Assembly (NCBI GenBank): GCA_040954595.2
Contig: CM082596.2
Coordinates: 8,445,124 to 8,509,123, forward strand
Direction: 5' to 3'
From: Balanoglossus misakiensis
Taxonomy: Eukaryota; Animalia; Hemichordata
Length of the DNA stretch: 64,000 bases
A model generated the notes under the pieces. The model was not told the origin of the DNA, made no database searches, and saw only the letters and a list, made by a program, of their open reading frames with translations. This document shows positions 14,300 through 29,800 of the stretch, piece by piece. Every line of letters begins with the position of its first letter. Positions within the stretch are counted from its first letter, which is position 1. Both the position numbers and the translations under genes were made by a program.

Positions 14300-17200
14300 T
14301 AGTACTTGAAGCCATCAAAGTGAAATTAAAAAAAAAGAGAAAACGGCACTGCGATGTTATACTAGGCCTACGTATGCACAACAACTATCAGCATTGATTT
14401 CTTATAACATAATATTTAACTTCGGAACCCAGTTGTCTTCCCATATGTCATATTATAAATCGTAAAAAAATGTTTACGTCAACTTTAAGGCGGGCGCTAA
14501 AGTTCACATATTTTGTTCTGGCAACACTAATCGTTGAAATGAAACAATTGCAAAGATTGTCATTTCTAGCTGACGATATGCCCTGGCTTGCAGCAATCTA
14601 CTGCAGCCAGCATCTGACATTCTGGTCTAATCTTACTCTTATATATTTTCGTATTAAGTTAACATGTTTGTTGGGATTTTGTTGAAGGAATTATTTTGTG
14701 AGATGTAATTTAGCTGATTTAAAGCACGAGAGTTAACCGACGTTATAACTAAAATGATTATATTCTACTGGAAAAGACATACTTTGATTCCAATGAGCGA
14801 GCGAGGAGAGAGAGAAAGAGAGAAAGGGAATTCTATGGTGACTCTTTACAAGCTGTCATTTAGTATATCACAGTCCCTGGTAATATATATTTAATGCCAT
14901 GTTAAATTACACCATTACCCATCACAATAAAGGAACAAGATCCCCAACTATAGGCCGCCCCCGCATAGTGTTCATGGGGTGAAAGATAACATTTGAAACA
15001 AGCCTGCATGAATACAATCCCTTTACGCTTTATTAACTTCATACCACTTGTAATAAGTAGTTGTGGTGCGAGAGTAATTGTTTGGGCGGTGTCATCGGAG
15101 CTAACTGACTTGTCAGCTCCGCATAGTGTTTTGTTTTACCCGCAGAATGCTCGCACAAATACAAACAAGTTCTTATGAAGAAAAGTTTGTCGAATGCGTA
15201 TGCAGAGTCATCTGCAGCTGTCCCCCCACGGTAAAGTAGGTCAACTTTAATACGCACCATTTTCCACGGCAACTGAAGTCTATTGTGACCGACAGTTCAC
15301 AAAACGAACCCCTCTGTGCGAAAAGACGACAGCTATTGAACTACTTAACTTGAGAAAGCGCGGGGTGCATACAATGGTATTGTCACAGTTATTGGAGAAA
15401 CTCGTGCATTTCTGAGAATTCATCCTGGGTCGTTATATCCATATCAGGTGTCCGGGTTTTTTTAGAAAATACAAAAATACATATCGTGTTGTCTTTTAAT
15501 ACATGTATCATGATGGAGCTTACCACTGAACCGCCTCCAAAATTTCAAGCAAATAACATTTTATGTGTGCATGAAAACAGGGTACATGTAGAGTTTCAAT
15601 CCACCGATTTAAATTCGCCAGCAATGATAGCAAAGATTCTTTCCATGCAATTGAAAAGGTCCAGCTGCAATAATTGCAGTCAGCCTCGGTGGGGTGGCTG
15701 CATCTCGCTGATCGATGTTCCCACCAAAGGTGGCCGTCAGCGTGATCAAACCAGCCACCAAGGCTACAAATATTGCAGCTAGAAAAGGTCTACCAGAAAT
15801 TATGACCAGATCATGAACAAAATATTGTGCGCAGAAAAAAAAGTGGATGGTAGTGCAGAAACTGACCATGTGACAAGGCGAAGATGTCTGCTCGTTCGAA
15901 GGTGAACTTTGGCGCGTTTTGCCTGGAGGAATATCTGCTGCATTTTAATGTTTTTGCTCTGTCAATGATAATTCCTCGTCATAGTGTTTGCCTATGATTA
16001 TTCAGGCCACTTGTCCGTCTACAAGGATGCAGATCGTCCCATCTGTGGCTACAGGTATACAACACAGTCGCTAGCAAGTCAATGTAGGTGCGAAGTGTAA
16101 TTGCTACAATGTACATAATTGAAAACAATGTGGTGTGAATTAAACTGTACATCATGTCATGGTAAACAATGCGTCATTACTTTTAATCACTATGCCTGGA
16201 CAAAAAGAACGATGCTGATAGTGTGTTAATAAACAGAAAATTAGCGCATGTGCAGATTAGACGACCCTCCCCTTTAAGGTGTTACGCACCTCGAAATAAA
16301 AGGTCGTCTGATCATGTTGAAATTAATACTGATGATACTATGACTTCTAAATATTTAATCTATGGAATAAAAATGGGGGTTCAACCATCTAGATTTTTGG
16401 AAAAAGCGCCCTCTATCTAGCACCTCTTTCAGTTTTAGCCAGTGTTTGTAGATCTTTGTAAAAGGGGCTCATAAATAAGTATTTTGGGAGGGTCGTCATA
16501 TTTTTTTCACCATTATAGAATGTAAACACACTGAATACTTGCCAGGCAATAGGTGTTCAGAATGATGGCTGGATATTCAACTAATAGAATGTCTGGTTAC
16601 AAAAATACATAAAACATGCTGCATGCTACAGCATAAGCCAATAGGCCGTGATTCGTAGGTACACCAGCCTCAACAACCGACATAATTCATGGTTTCATCT
16701 GCTGGTTCACATTGAAGACCTGTAGAGAAGTCGGTCACGTTGTGTAGACAGACGGACGGACAGAAAAAAAATGACAAGCAGCCAAGCATGGTGGACTTCA
16801 TCAGGCAAAGACAAAGACTATCAATAAACAAATAACAAAGTATCTCATTTTTTTATTGTCAAGAAACAAGAATAACCATAAACAGGATATTACACAAAAA
16901 CCTTTAGACTTGATTGACACATCAAGATTCACTGACAGACAACTTGAGTGAAATTAATGCAAAAAAATAAATGTGATAGGCAACATACTTATTTAACATT
17001 TTTGAAATTTCTATCTTCTACAAGAACATCTAGATATTCATGAAAATTGGAAAAAATGAGTATAATTCTAAACATTTTTCAGTTTATCTGCATGATCTGC
17101 GACTAGTCTCTCTGGTACATGTACATGTACAAAGTTCATAACACACGACATGTTCTGATGTTGAGGGCGCTGTTCAACTAACTTCCTGATGTACACTTTA

Positions 17201-17814
17201 TGGTCCCGTCGTCTTGTATAATAAAAACCTTGGTGGTCTCAGCTGATCGGTCAATGGATATCATTCGTGCGCTAGAGCAATTCTCAGCCGTTGTGTGACT
17301 GACATTAACATATGCTGAAACTTTTTGTATTTTTGGCTTTGTGCCGAACATTTTCATTCTGTGACATTTGTGGTGACTGATGTGCAATTTGTATTGTGTA
17401 TTTTCGCCGAAAATTTCACTGAAATGGATTGTTGACTGGAAACAAAAATAATTCCTTTTTGTCCAAAATTTTCTATTAAGGCAGTGTTTGAATGTTATGA
17501 TTTTTTTTCTTCTGAAAAGTAGTGAATGCCATTGAAAATCGGTTAAGTTTGAGTTTATAATGAACACGTATTGCCTGGCCATGAGGGCCATAGCAGCCGT
17601 TTATTACCCCAAGGGGCTGTGAGTTACCGGAATCACATGCTATTTCCCGAGACCGTATGACTGTAACAGCGACGACTTACAGAAATGACCTTTGACACTG
17701 ACTGCAAGAATGCAGGTTTCTGTCATCAAAGCTATCTCTGATATCTGTAGTTCCCTCCCTCCTTGCATGCACCTAGTCTTTTATATACAATGATTTACTA
17801 AGTGCAGAATATGC

Positions 17815-20800
17815 TCAATCTTTTTGAAAAACAAATCCTGCTAATTTGGTGTTGGTTGCACTTGAGAGCGGAACTTTGGACACCTTGCCAGTCTCCACAT
17901 CTTTCCTTGGAAGTGTTTGTTTTTTACTCGGTGCATCATTTTCTTCTTTCCTCTTTCGTTTCTTCGCTGTTGGGGTCGTGTCTTGGCCCTCGTCTGTCTG
18001 TGTCTTGGCTTTTTCTGACCATTCCTGATGATATACAATGTATTAGGACAGTTGTTAAAGTGAAGGCGGCGTCGCGCCGCACTTGTTAATACACGAAGCA
18101 GCCCACCGTAGCATAGATGGGGCATGACAGCAACTGAAGAGCCTAGTAGGTTTTACCCTACTAGGTAGCTTCATAGTCTTTTATCTGCAGTCGTCATCTG
18201 CACCATATTTATCCGTCAGCTGGAAATTTAAATACCAACTGAACTGTATCTGACGTCATTTAAAATCACAGAATTGCTTGAATAGAGCGTCTGTTTGATT
18301 ATGAAAATTGTGATAAACAGAACCCACCTGTTTTTGGTCCATGGACAACTTTCTCCATGTCTGTGTAGCAATTTTCATGACTTCCGCCTCCTCCAGGTCA
18401 GGGTGTTCTTCACTCAGGTTTGTCTTGTTCTCTTGCAACCAGAACTGAAAAGCTGACACTGACCTGACAATAACAACACAAATTGAAAAGCTGATATTGG
18501 CCGCATAATCATAATATAATTGCACCCTACAATTCTCCCTACCTTAATTAGGATTCTGCTGGGTGAGTGGTGAAAATCTCATGATATGGTTGACACAATT
18601 TCAAGATAGCCGATTTTTGCCATGTTTAACAAGTGGAAGTTCATAAGCTGAAGTGAAACCTGTATTCGGTCATTCAGAAATTTTGTAACAGAAAAAATAA
18701 TAAAATGCGAAAACTGCAAAGGCAGAACTTATTTTTATCAAAGAAAGTAAAAAAATACAGTAAACATCTCATTTCTTCTATCTCTTACTGCAGTGAGTTG
18801 TCGACCTTTTACCCAGAATGCAATTATTTCAATGTAAGTTGACCCCGAGCACAAAGTGAAAACCTATTTAAGGCAGCCAGATTTAGGTCAAGAGAGATTG
18901 AGTGATCGAGAGTGAGAGAGAAAGAGAGATTGATCGAGAGTGTGTTTGCATCCATCCGACCCTGGCTTAGCTTGGCATGACATAGATATTGTTACCCTTA
19001 ACTATTATACTATATATACACTGTAGTGTAACCCTTAACTATTAGGTGATTAAATTTAACGCGCTTGCTGTTAGTAATATTTTCATTTACTTCTTGGCTG
19101 TGTCATCTCCAGTTCCTTCCAAATGTTTGCCATGACTTGGTTTTTTTCTTAACTGGAATAAAGTAGGCTGTGACTGCTTGGGCGGACTTTTTTCCGAGTT
19201 AAAAGCCTCTGTCAGATTCACTGTGAGAAAAAGACAATACTAAAATAAGTATGACATGTTCCATGGTGACGAAATCTGATCAGTGGTTTTGCACGATCCG
19301 CCATCTTATAGGAGTGTTACACCAGTGTGCCCTCTAACAAATATAATTTTTGAAAGCTTTGAGTCAATTTGAATGAAGTCTCTCTCTCGCTGCCCTTTTT
19401 CCATTTATTATGGTTGACACAAGATGCCGTTTATATTACTAGTATTCTACATGTGGATATATAGTGAATCAACATTCAACCACTAACATCTTCTATCCCG
19501 TTTGGAGGATATGAGAGTAAAAATCTCACCAAATTGAATAAATGGTAAACACCGATTATTCATTTTGGTGAGATTTTTCACTCTAATGTCTGCAATTGTG
19601 TTGGAAGGTGTGTGTGGTTGAACGTTGATTCACTATATATCCACATGTAGAATAACATAAAGTGTTTTGTGTCAAACATAATATGACAGAACTTCATGAC
19701 CTCTGCGCGCGATCTGTGCAGTATGGATTTTATTTTCATGAGTGAGAAGGTGTATTCTTCCGAGTATTTTTGCGAGCGATAGCGAGTAAAAATGCAGAAG
19801 AATACACCTTCTCACGAGTGAAAATAACATCCATATTGCACAGATCGCGCGCAGAGGTCATGAAGTTCTGTTATTATTGCATATGTTTCCCCAGATTTGA
19901 TGAAAATCAAAGTTTCGATCGTGGCGTATTGATTTTCATTACAGTGATGCGCCAAAGGCTATGCAACCCAGAGAAGGCCGCTCATTGGCCAAAATGACGC
20001 AACCTTTGTTATGCAAAGAAGGGTCATGTGGGGTCATTCCAACAGTGGGTTACCTGAGGTCGTGAGAACGCAGCGATAAATTTTGAAACAATGGCGATAG
20101 CGAGAGATTTTCGTAATTTTCGAGGTTCCAAAACACACTGATAACTAAATGTTCTGTTATTCTGACGATAGTTGGGAAGGATAATAAAACAACGTGCCAG
20201 AATGTTGAAAAATCCGCATGTTTCGGCGATCATGTTGGCTCATTTCATCGTTGGTTTAGCTCAGGTCGCAAGATAGCATCGGCAATATTTGAGAAACTGG
20301 CGATAGCGAGGGATTTTCCGAGGTTCCCAAACATACTGCCAAATAATGTTTTGTTATTCTGACAAAATTTGGGAAGGATAAGACAATGACGTCTCCGAAT
20401 GTTGAAAATTCCCCACGTTTCGGCGATCATACTCCAGCTCTGCCGACGGCGTTCAATGTTTACAAACAAAACGTAGTCCGGCTTGTTTTTACTCATTTGC
20501 ATATGGGTTGTGAAAAATACCACTTTGTCACGCGCACAACTAAAACAACAATCGGCTTTTTTGCGACTGAAATAAAACTTTTGTTATATCCTCCGGAGGT
20601 TTATATGAACTCCAAGTGATTGTGTAACAGAACGAGGGTTAAACTTTGAAAGATACGATCGATTGAAGGGGAAATGGGGGATCTTATTCTTCGGGATGCT
20701 CATTTGCATATGAGCTCGCAAAAATACCAGAATTATTATTGCACGGCCCGCTTAGAATACTGTAGTACATATGCAATAATTAATGGGAAAAGGGCAGCGA

Positions 20801-23800
20801 GAGAGAGACTTTGTCCCTTTAATAGAAGAGTTCCATACTTACAATGTCTGTTTTTGGGTTTCTTTGCCATTTTTGTCATATTATCTAAGACAGTGGTTCC
20901 CTTGGTGTCGCTATCCTGTGGTGAGGATGGGCTAGACTCTTTCTCTCGTGTAACCTTGAATGGATTCTTACGACCTTGACTGCAAGTTATAGATCTTGTT
21001 GCTGTAACTAACAAATGAATGAAAATTAAAAAAAATATAGTATATTCAGTCTCATAATGGTAATAATTCCAAAGTTCTAACATAAACCGAGCACCATCAT
21101 GCACTGTTAATCATCATGCAAGTACATTAAGTTATACAAGATGAAGATGTTTTTTCCTGAATAGGCAAAACCAAAGCTAGCACTAGTAGCAGGTATTTCT
21201 TTCAAAACTCAACTTAAAACTTTCATTTTTTTTATCTATTTTTAACTGGCTGTCATTTATACTAGAATTTTTAATGTTTTTGTAAACTGCATAAAGGCTT
21301 TCAGCATAATGTGCTGATAAGAACTATTTTATTATTATTATTATTATTATTATCAAAAGCATAGTGTAAAAATCAACCAAGCTGAACTTTCCCTTTAATT
21401 CAACCACCTCTTACTGTATTTTTATTCAGTAAAGTGCCACTTTTCTACTTTCATATTTTTCTGTTGCCTAAAATTGGGTGATGTTGTCTAATATACAATA
21501 CCCAAATTTACAATCCACAATCATATTTGCCCCCACATTTGCACAGATCAACCGATAATGTACTTAGGAACACCATCACCACAATTCAGTAAATATCTTC
21601 CAGTTATACATGTTATACAAAGAAACATGCAACAGATAACTCTGGCATGTAAATATTGTTGAATACTTTGTGGTTTAAAGGCTGTTTTCTCAATCCCAGG
21701 GCAGTACAATGAAGGCAAATAAGAAATCCTTCGTGTTAGCACATAACTGTTTATTGGAAACAAAAGATTTGACCCACTGTGGAGAAGGGCCTTTAATCTG
21801 TGCCATCTCAAAAGATTTTAACATGTCCTTGGATCACACACTTTGACCAGTTGTGGATAGATTTGTTTTATTCCATCAATCTGTCATTTCAAAATCTTCA
21901 TTTTGTATTTCTGGTCACATTCTTCGAGTGATTACCGTAAAACTCACCTTTTTTCGGTTTTAGTATCGGTGATTTCTCTATCCTTCCAGTATGTTCCATT
22001 TCTTCATTGTCCTCATCATCTTCTTGTGTCTGCACACTCCCCTGGGTTGACCATTCCGTTTCTGTGTGACTGTAACTGAGAGAAAAAAAGCAAACTTTCC
22101 TTGTATTAAAAAAAATAATAATGAAAAGGTAGTTCAGATATCACATTTCATTTCACAGTTGTCTACATTCAGTTTTCAAATGTGCACTTAGCTTATCTTT
22201 CTTTCTGCAATGTTTATTAACTTGGATGTGTAAGAAGTCTACTGAAAAAATGCCTTTTCTGCAACTCGTCAAGTTATCATGTTTCTTGCTATCCTTTGAG
22301 TTTCTTCCATTTTATCCAACTTGACCATTGACACAAAGTACTCACACAGCATCCAAACTGTTGCCATAGCTACGGTAGTTACTTTCAGCATCCTCTGTTG
22401 CCATGGCAGCAGCTGTTTCCTCTTCGGCTTTCTGATGAGCGAGCTGACTGAGATACTGCGCCAGGGACAGCTTCTTCATTCGGCTGGCATATTTTATAGC
22501 CAGACTGATACTATGCTCTGATGACATCGATTCTGCGATCTCACCACCTCGGAAGTCACGGTCACTCTTGCAGGCAAGCTGTGAAATTATAACATAGCGT
22601 AAAGGACACTGTGATCCCATTTGAAGATTACACATATGTAATACTGTAAAACACTTTATTTTCGCGAGTCAAAATTTTCGCGATATCGAGAGAGGCCACT
22701 GTTTCGCGAGTATTAATTTTGGCGTTCTCTTATTTCATTCACTGCATCGTTATCTTCAAAAACATTTACGCGACTTTTTATTTTCACGCTATTTTGGCTC
22801 TCGCGTATTTCGCGAAAATTAATTGCTCGCGAAAATAAAGTGTTTTACAGTATCCTGAGTCAATAACTCCAGTTGTGTGTACCAAAGTACAGACTCAAAA
22901 CATATGGTGGACGTGCCTTTTCCGTTGTCGCGCCACAACTTTGGAATTCTCTGCCATCTGACATTCAACAGGCTTCTAGTCTAAACATTTTCAAACAAAA
23001 CTCAAGACATTTCTATTTGTCAAAGCCTACAAACACTGATGTTAAACTTTCAGCGCCTTTGCAAATATCATTGTTATTGATTCTGGCGCTTCATAAATCT
23101 TTATTTTGATTGATTGATTGATTGATATAGGAATGAAAAAGACAGGACACGACAACATCACTTACAGCAAATAATTTCATCAAGGCATTGTTGATTTCTT
23201 GTTGGGATTCCTTCTCTGCATTCTTATCAATTTCATATCCTTGAGATTCATTGTACTTGAAATGACGGCTGAAATAATGATTTCGCCAGTATTCTTCCTA
23301 GAATTATGAAAAATAAAACAAAAGACAACATGATGTCAAGTGTGTGGCTATTAAACGCTCAGAATTCAGACATCTGTACAAATATAGATCATATTGTGTA
23401 GGTTACAGCGGAGTGTTTCCTGTCAGCATGCGATCTCCTTGGTGTTATTGGTCTGCACGACATTACAGTCTTTGCAGCGTCATGATGTGAATGTTAAAGG
23501 GACAAAGTCTCTCTCACTGCCCATTTTACCATTATGTTTGATACAAGACAACTGTTTATGGTATTCTACATGTGGATATATAGTGAATCAACATTCGACC
23601 ACAAACAACTTCCATCCCATTTATAGGATATGAGAGTAAAAATTTCGCCAAAATGAATAAATGGTAGAGACTGATTATTCATTTTGGCAAGTTTTTCACT
23701 CTCGTGTCTACGATTGGGAAGGAAGTTATGTGTGATTGAACGTTCATTCACTATATATCCTCATGTAGATTAACATAAATAGTGTCTTGTATCAAAGATA

Positions 23801-26800
23801 TTTAATGGAAAAGGGCAGCGAGAGAGAGAGACTTTGTCTCTTTAAATGGTTTCACTATTGAAGCCATCACTGTGTACAGTAAAACCTGCCTGTACAGACG
23901 CCTCCAGTGTTTCATCAAGATAAGGGGGTGGGGGTGATTCACCCCCGTTGACATGTTGGTACCCCCTAGCAATTTGTCAACGGGTAACCGGTGCCCCTTT
24001 AAAGTGATGTCATTCACATGTTGGAGGGATTACAGTCCCCCTTGCCAGAGTGAAATCCCCCCCAAATATTCTGGCAAAGGGGACCATCCCCCCTTGTTGA
24101 TACCATCCTAGAGGTATGTAAGAGTCTGAAAAAACTAATCTCAGACCGCAATTTGGAACTCCCAGTTTATCAAAAGTAGTCTGGGACCGATCCCAGATCA
24201 TGTATTTAAAAAAAATGTTTCATGAAGCCTTTTCATTTGGAGACTTGCAAGCTAGAATGACGTTACTAATTTAACTGTCAATCCAGGAGTGATTTCAAAC
24301 TTTTCCAGGACATAAACCATGTACAAATGTAGTTGTGATTAAAAAAAAAGTGTACCTCATATTTGCCCTTCTCTGCATTCAATTCGCACAGAGGAAGTTG
24401 AAATTCCAGGACAGCAACGGCCGGTCTGGGAAGTGTTGGTGGGAATGTTGAGCCTTTACACGGAACACAACGCAGTTGCAGTGGGCACTCATGGACACCA
24501 ACCACCCAAAAGTGATCAGAACGACTTTTGGCCTGAAATCCAAATCAAAGACACAATTGTGAATGTTAATTTCATGGTCACATGGCCCAGGTTAATGTCG
24601 ATACAGTCTGACTTATTTCTAATCGTTAAAAAAAATTCCATTATAAATTAAGAGATTTGACAAAGCTGGGAAACTGAACTTTTGAAGTGATTTCTTTACT
24701 CAAAACTGGATACAAATTACAATTTCATAAACGAAAGCTCATTTTCCCTATTATGACATTAGAAACAATACACCATCATGGATTGATTTTCTAATAGTTG
24801 ATACCTCAGTCAAAACACCCTGTGGTGCATGCTTAAAGCCCCAATAGCTGTCAGTTTCGTACTATTTTCATGATTTCACGTTCAAACTTAGAATGGGGCC
24901 TTTAAAGTGACAAAGTCTCTCTCTCGCTGCCCCTTTTTCCATTAATTATGTTTGATACAAGACATTGTTTATGTTATTCTACATGTGGATATATAGTGAA
25001 TGATCGTTCGACCACAACTTCCATCCCACTTGTAGACACGAGAGTGAAAAAACTCAACAAAATGAATAATCGGTCTCTACCATTTATTCATTTTGGGCGA
25101 GTTTTTATTCTCATATTATACAAGGAGGATGGAAGTTGTGTGTGGTTGAACGTTCATTCACTATATATCCAAATGTACATTAACATAAATGGTGTCTTGT
25201 ATCAAACATAATTAATGGAAAAAAGGGCAGCGAGAGAGAGTCTTTGTCCCTTTAAATTAGCTAACAGATGGGTATACACAAACATATTATTAACCCCTGA
25301 TCGTGGCTGTGCACAATATATGCACAAGTTGAGAAATAGATGGGTGTCACACCAGTTTATTTTGCTGCCATTGCAAGAGTACACACAAATCATGCCACGT
25401 TTACATAGTTATTAGAATCCCCACAAATTCAAAATATTGTTGATCGTTGACTACAGATAAGGACAAAATTGAAGTATGTTATCGATAAAAAAATATGCCA
25501 ACAGTGACAGCTATTTGGGCTTTCACATGTGACTTACTTTTGATCGAGTGTTAGCTACTGGACACCAAGACATCATCCCTCTGTTCAGAATTCGAACAAT
25601 CCCGTGAGAGTCAACACATACAGGTGTTCCTTCTGCTGAAAAACTGCAAGGATTGGAAAGTTTTGGAATTGGAATCAATATCAATAACCTTCAATGCAAT
25701 CCTGAACTATCTTAAATGGGTTTTTGCTTCTATAAATGATAACCTGCTTATAAATACAACAATCTGATTTGTCCCAAAACAATGGATTTTCACGTGTTTA
25801 AAACATCTGGTTTTAGTCTTGATGTTTGCTAGGTTCACATCTAGGCCCATGGCGGGGCAAAACTAATCCTGATGATTGTGACAAGATAAGCTAATCTTTA
25901 GTCCCCGTTCACATCCGTTCACATTGTGTTTGGCCACGGTCACTCCACACACGTGTGTGGAGTGACCGTGGGTTGGCACAGTCCTGGCCAACGTCGTCTC
26001 GCCAACCTTTGACCTTATCAAGCAGAACCATGTTGGTCCTCTTCTGGTTGTTTATACGATTTTCACCATTGTCAAACGACAGACTACACTGTTTATGTCA
26101 ATTGTAAAAAGTGTCAACTAGGACCAGAGTTGGACAAAACGTGTCCACAAACATACCGTGCTGGGACCAGAGTAGGACACAAACCACCCCATTCGACTGG
26201 GACCAAAATTGTCCGGACAATGGCCGGCCAGACCTGTTCACACCTGTTTTTATGCTCGGCCACTTACCTGTCTAGGACAAGGGCCTAGCCTTTTTCGAGT
26301 AATGTGAACGGCCTATCAGTATGTAATTAATGCCACTTACCCCATCCACACCAGAGTTGATTGAGGACTAAGAGGCAACTGGTCTCCCGAAATCACTCTA
26401 TGCTGTCTTCCACTGACACACAGCAACTTCACACCCAGACACTGATCGCCCGGTATGCCTACAAATCAAATCAATCTATACGTTGCTTGTTTGGAACTTT
26501 TAAAAAAGTATCAAGTTGACATCTTTGTACACAATGCACATTGCAGCCATGTGAAAGTCTGAAGCGAATAAATTAAACTATTTCAACAAAAATGAAATTT
26601 AGGACATACAAAAACGACCCTTTGAAGTACGTGTATTCTTTTGATAAATTTTAGAAAACCCTAAACCTCAAAAATTATATATTTTCCGAACACAAATATA
26701 CTTTTGATGGTTGATTTTAATTGAACCAGGTTTACACACCCAGTATGGGTGTATGGTAAAATCCTTCAGTTTTTCTGTAACACTTGCCATTCATTCACCA

Positions 26801-29800
26801 TACAAAAATTAAAATGCGGATGGTAATTTGCAATGAGGTACCTGTTGCCATGTGATAAACAACCAGCAGTTGGTTGCCATGACCTGCTAGACACACTACA
26901 GGACCCGGGATACTGATGACTTGTTGTTGAAATCCACCAATGGAGAACAAACGAACCAATCGTTTATTAGTTGCCGAGGCCAACCAACCATAGCCAACTG
27001 TTACTGCCTACAGGAGAGATGATATATGCAAATCAAAATTAGGAGCCTGTGATGATTTAGATACCTGTATCATAAACATTAACATAAACGGTGTCTTGTG
27101 ATTAATGGAAAAAGGCAGCGAGAGAGAGACTTTGTCCCTTTAAAGTTTGTAAAAGCTGATTGAAGAGACAAACCTTGATATCTTCACCCTTGGGCATCGT
27201 TGTACTCCATTCTTTCTGATTGTCCCAAGAGGAGAAGTGTAAACACAGCAATTGACTATGAATATAAACAACAATCAAATCTATTAGAGGGACAATTACG
27301 GCGAAAAGTTCAACTTGCGAAAATAAAGTAATTTACAGTAAATACCTTGGTGTATCTGAGTCCTGACTTTCAGCGGCTAACACAACAGCTTCTGTGGACA
27401 TGGCCGCCATGGTGTAACCCACTGTGTTGTCTGTATGCATTGCGTGGTGTAAGGAGGTGTCGTGGAACTCGATTTCGATGGAATGTTCATCGTCGGTGCT
27501 GTAGGCCTTGATGATACCCACCGAGTTCCACACCTGTCAGAGATAGAATTACCAGAGAGACAAGACGTAGTGTGTCAGCATACATGTACCGTACATCTGC
27601 TAAACAAATCCATGTCTAGTGCAAGTAATTTTGATAGTTTCACGGTGAGCAGTTGCTTGATAACAAGTTACTGAACAAGGGTATTGCTTGTACTGGTTTT
27701 CACTGGTTTGGCTGAGGGTCTTGTATAGGCCCTACTGAGTATAAACACACACTTGGCAGCCAAACAGGCCTGCATGGGTGCCAGGATACTAGGCACCATG
27801 GAAATCAAACCAGTTTCAACCGACTTGGCAGCGTTAGTTTAAATCAAAGAACAAAAGGAGCATAGCGGGGGAATAGAGAAAAAAAACGATCTTACCATGA
27901 ATCTACTGGAGAGGTGTACTGGCGTGGCTGATGGTTGAAAAGCCCTTTGCAATGGAACAAACTGTGGACCTGTGTAGACTGGTGGTTTCTCGGCAACCAC
28001 TTTCTCCGTGTCACTTTCACTTACAATACTGGAGGGTCCTTTGGATGTGCTATCTGTTGGACAAGTCACAATTAAGCAGTCAATTTAGTTGGCTGGGTGG
28101 ATTTCAATTGATATACAGTCAAACCTGTGTTAGTGGCCACCTCTATATAGTGGCCACCTCTATACAGTGGCAACTTTGTAATACAGTCCCTGTGCAATTT
28201 TGTGTGTACCGGTACAAACATTAACAATCCAAATGTTCTGCAAAATTTTGCATTTGACACATTCATATAGTGGACTGCTTTGCTTTATTCCATATTTCAT
28301 GGGCACAGTACAAAGTAGACTTAAGTTTTGTCCCTTCTTTTCACCCAATTTGCTGTCTTTTCCTGATGTCCGACATAGACAATAGTCACCACCATCTTGC
28401 AGAGACTGTATACAATTTTTGTAACCAGACTGTCTGTTTTGGCACATGCGCATAAGACGATAGTCGCACTTTAAAGCACCTAGCTCGTCTCACACGCATG
28501 TTCCAGCTGTAGCCGCTGGTTACAGACGTTTAGTGAACAGTCAATCCCATAAGGCAGTGCTCTGTCCTAACAACAGAGAAGATGGCGGCGACCATAATCT
28601 GTGTCGGAGATCGGGAAAAGACACCAGCTTGGGTGAAAAGGAGGGACAAAACCAGAATCTACTTATACAGTGCGCATGAAATATGGAAGGAAGCGAAGGC
28701 AGTCCACTATTTGAATGCATCGAACGGAAAATTTGCTGGGAAGTTACGCGCATGCATGTGAGACGATCTATTGCCTTTAACACCAAGGTGTTTTGTCTTA
28801 CCCATTGAATTCTCGTCATCTTGGATCCTGAGAACACTGCGGTGTTTTGGTTTCTGAGAAACCAAAGTGCCCATGTCATCGTCATCATCATCATCTTCTT
28901 CAGCTTCATCATTGATGAAGTTGGAACCTCTGTCTCGGTTGCTATGGAGATGCTCAATGGCATCAGCAGCTGCCATAAACTCTGCATCATCTTGATTATC
29001 ATCAAACAAATCCGTAAATTGATTTCGATCATCTTCAACTTGCTGATTTGTTGTTAAAAGAGAAAAAAGACATGCAGACATCAATGTTCATGTAGTATGA
29101 AAGTTATAAACACAGCGGAGCCCTTCAACAATACAATGATTTAGCACTATTTTTTGTAACTTCTGTTTTACTTTATCAAATATATTTTCTTGTTCTCCCC
29201 AAAAACATTCCACACTATCAGTTTTCTGCGTGTCAACCATCAAACAGGTGGTTGTGTATTTGTATTGAATGATGGATGACGAATTTGGCGGTTTCTTACC
29301 TTAACTCGTCCAGAGGAAGTAGGAAGGATATTTTCAATGATCCCAAGTTGACCTTCTCTGTCTGTGTAGGCAACTTCATTCTTGCCTTGTGGGTGAAACG
29401 CTATGCCACAAATTGTCAACTTCTTATCATGTTGCACACTGCAGACAAGGGAAAACAATTTAATAAATAGATCTACTATCGTGTTCAATAAAACTGCATA
29501 CTTTGTAAACAAGTATTTGCTGTAAAACGGTAAATTTTTCACAAACGCTAAATTTTCGCGAACTTCATGAGTGCCCCCAAAACATGATAATAAACAGTCA
29601 AAGGACAATGAGTACAATAGAACGTTATTCAAAGATAAAGAGAACATGAAAATTAATTGTCACAGAATAGTTGCCTCTGTTGATATCGTGAAAATTTCCT
29701 GTCACAAAAATTTCCCGTTTTACAGTTTTCTCACATCCTTTGGAACAGTCACTTCCCTCATTTCCAAATTCGGTTTGTTCCTTCTGGATGAGAGAATAAC

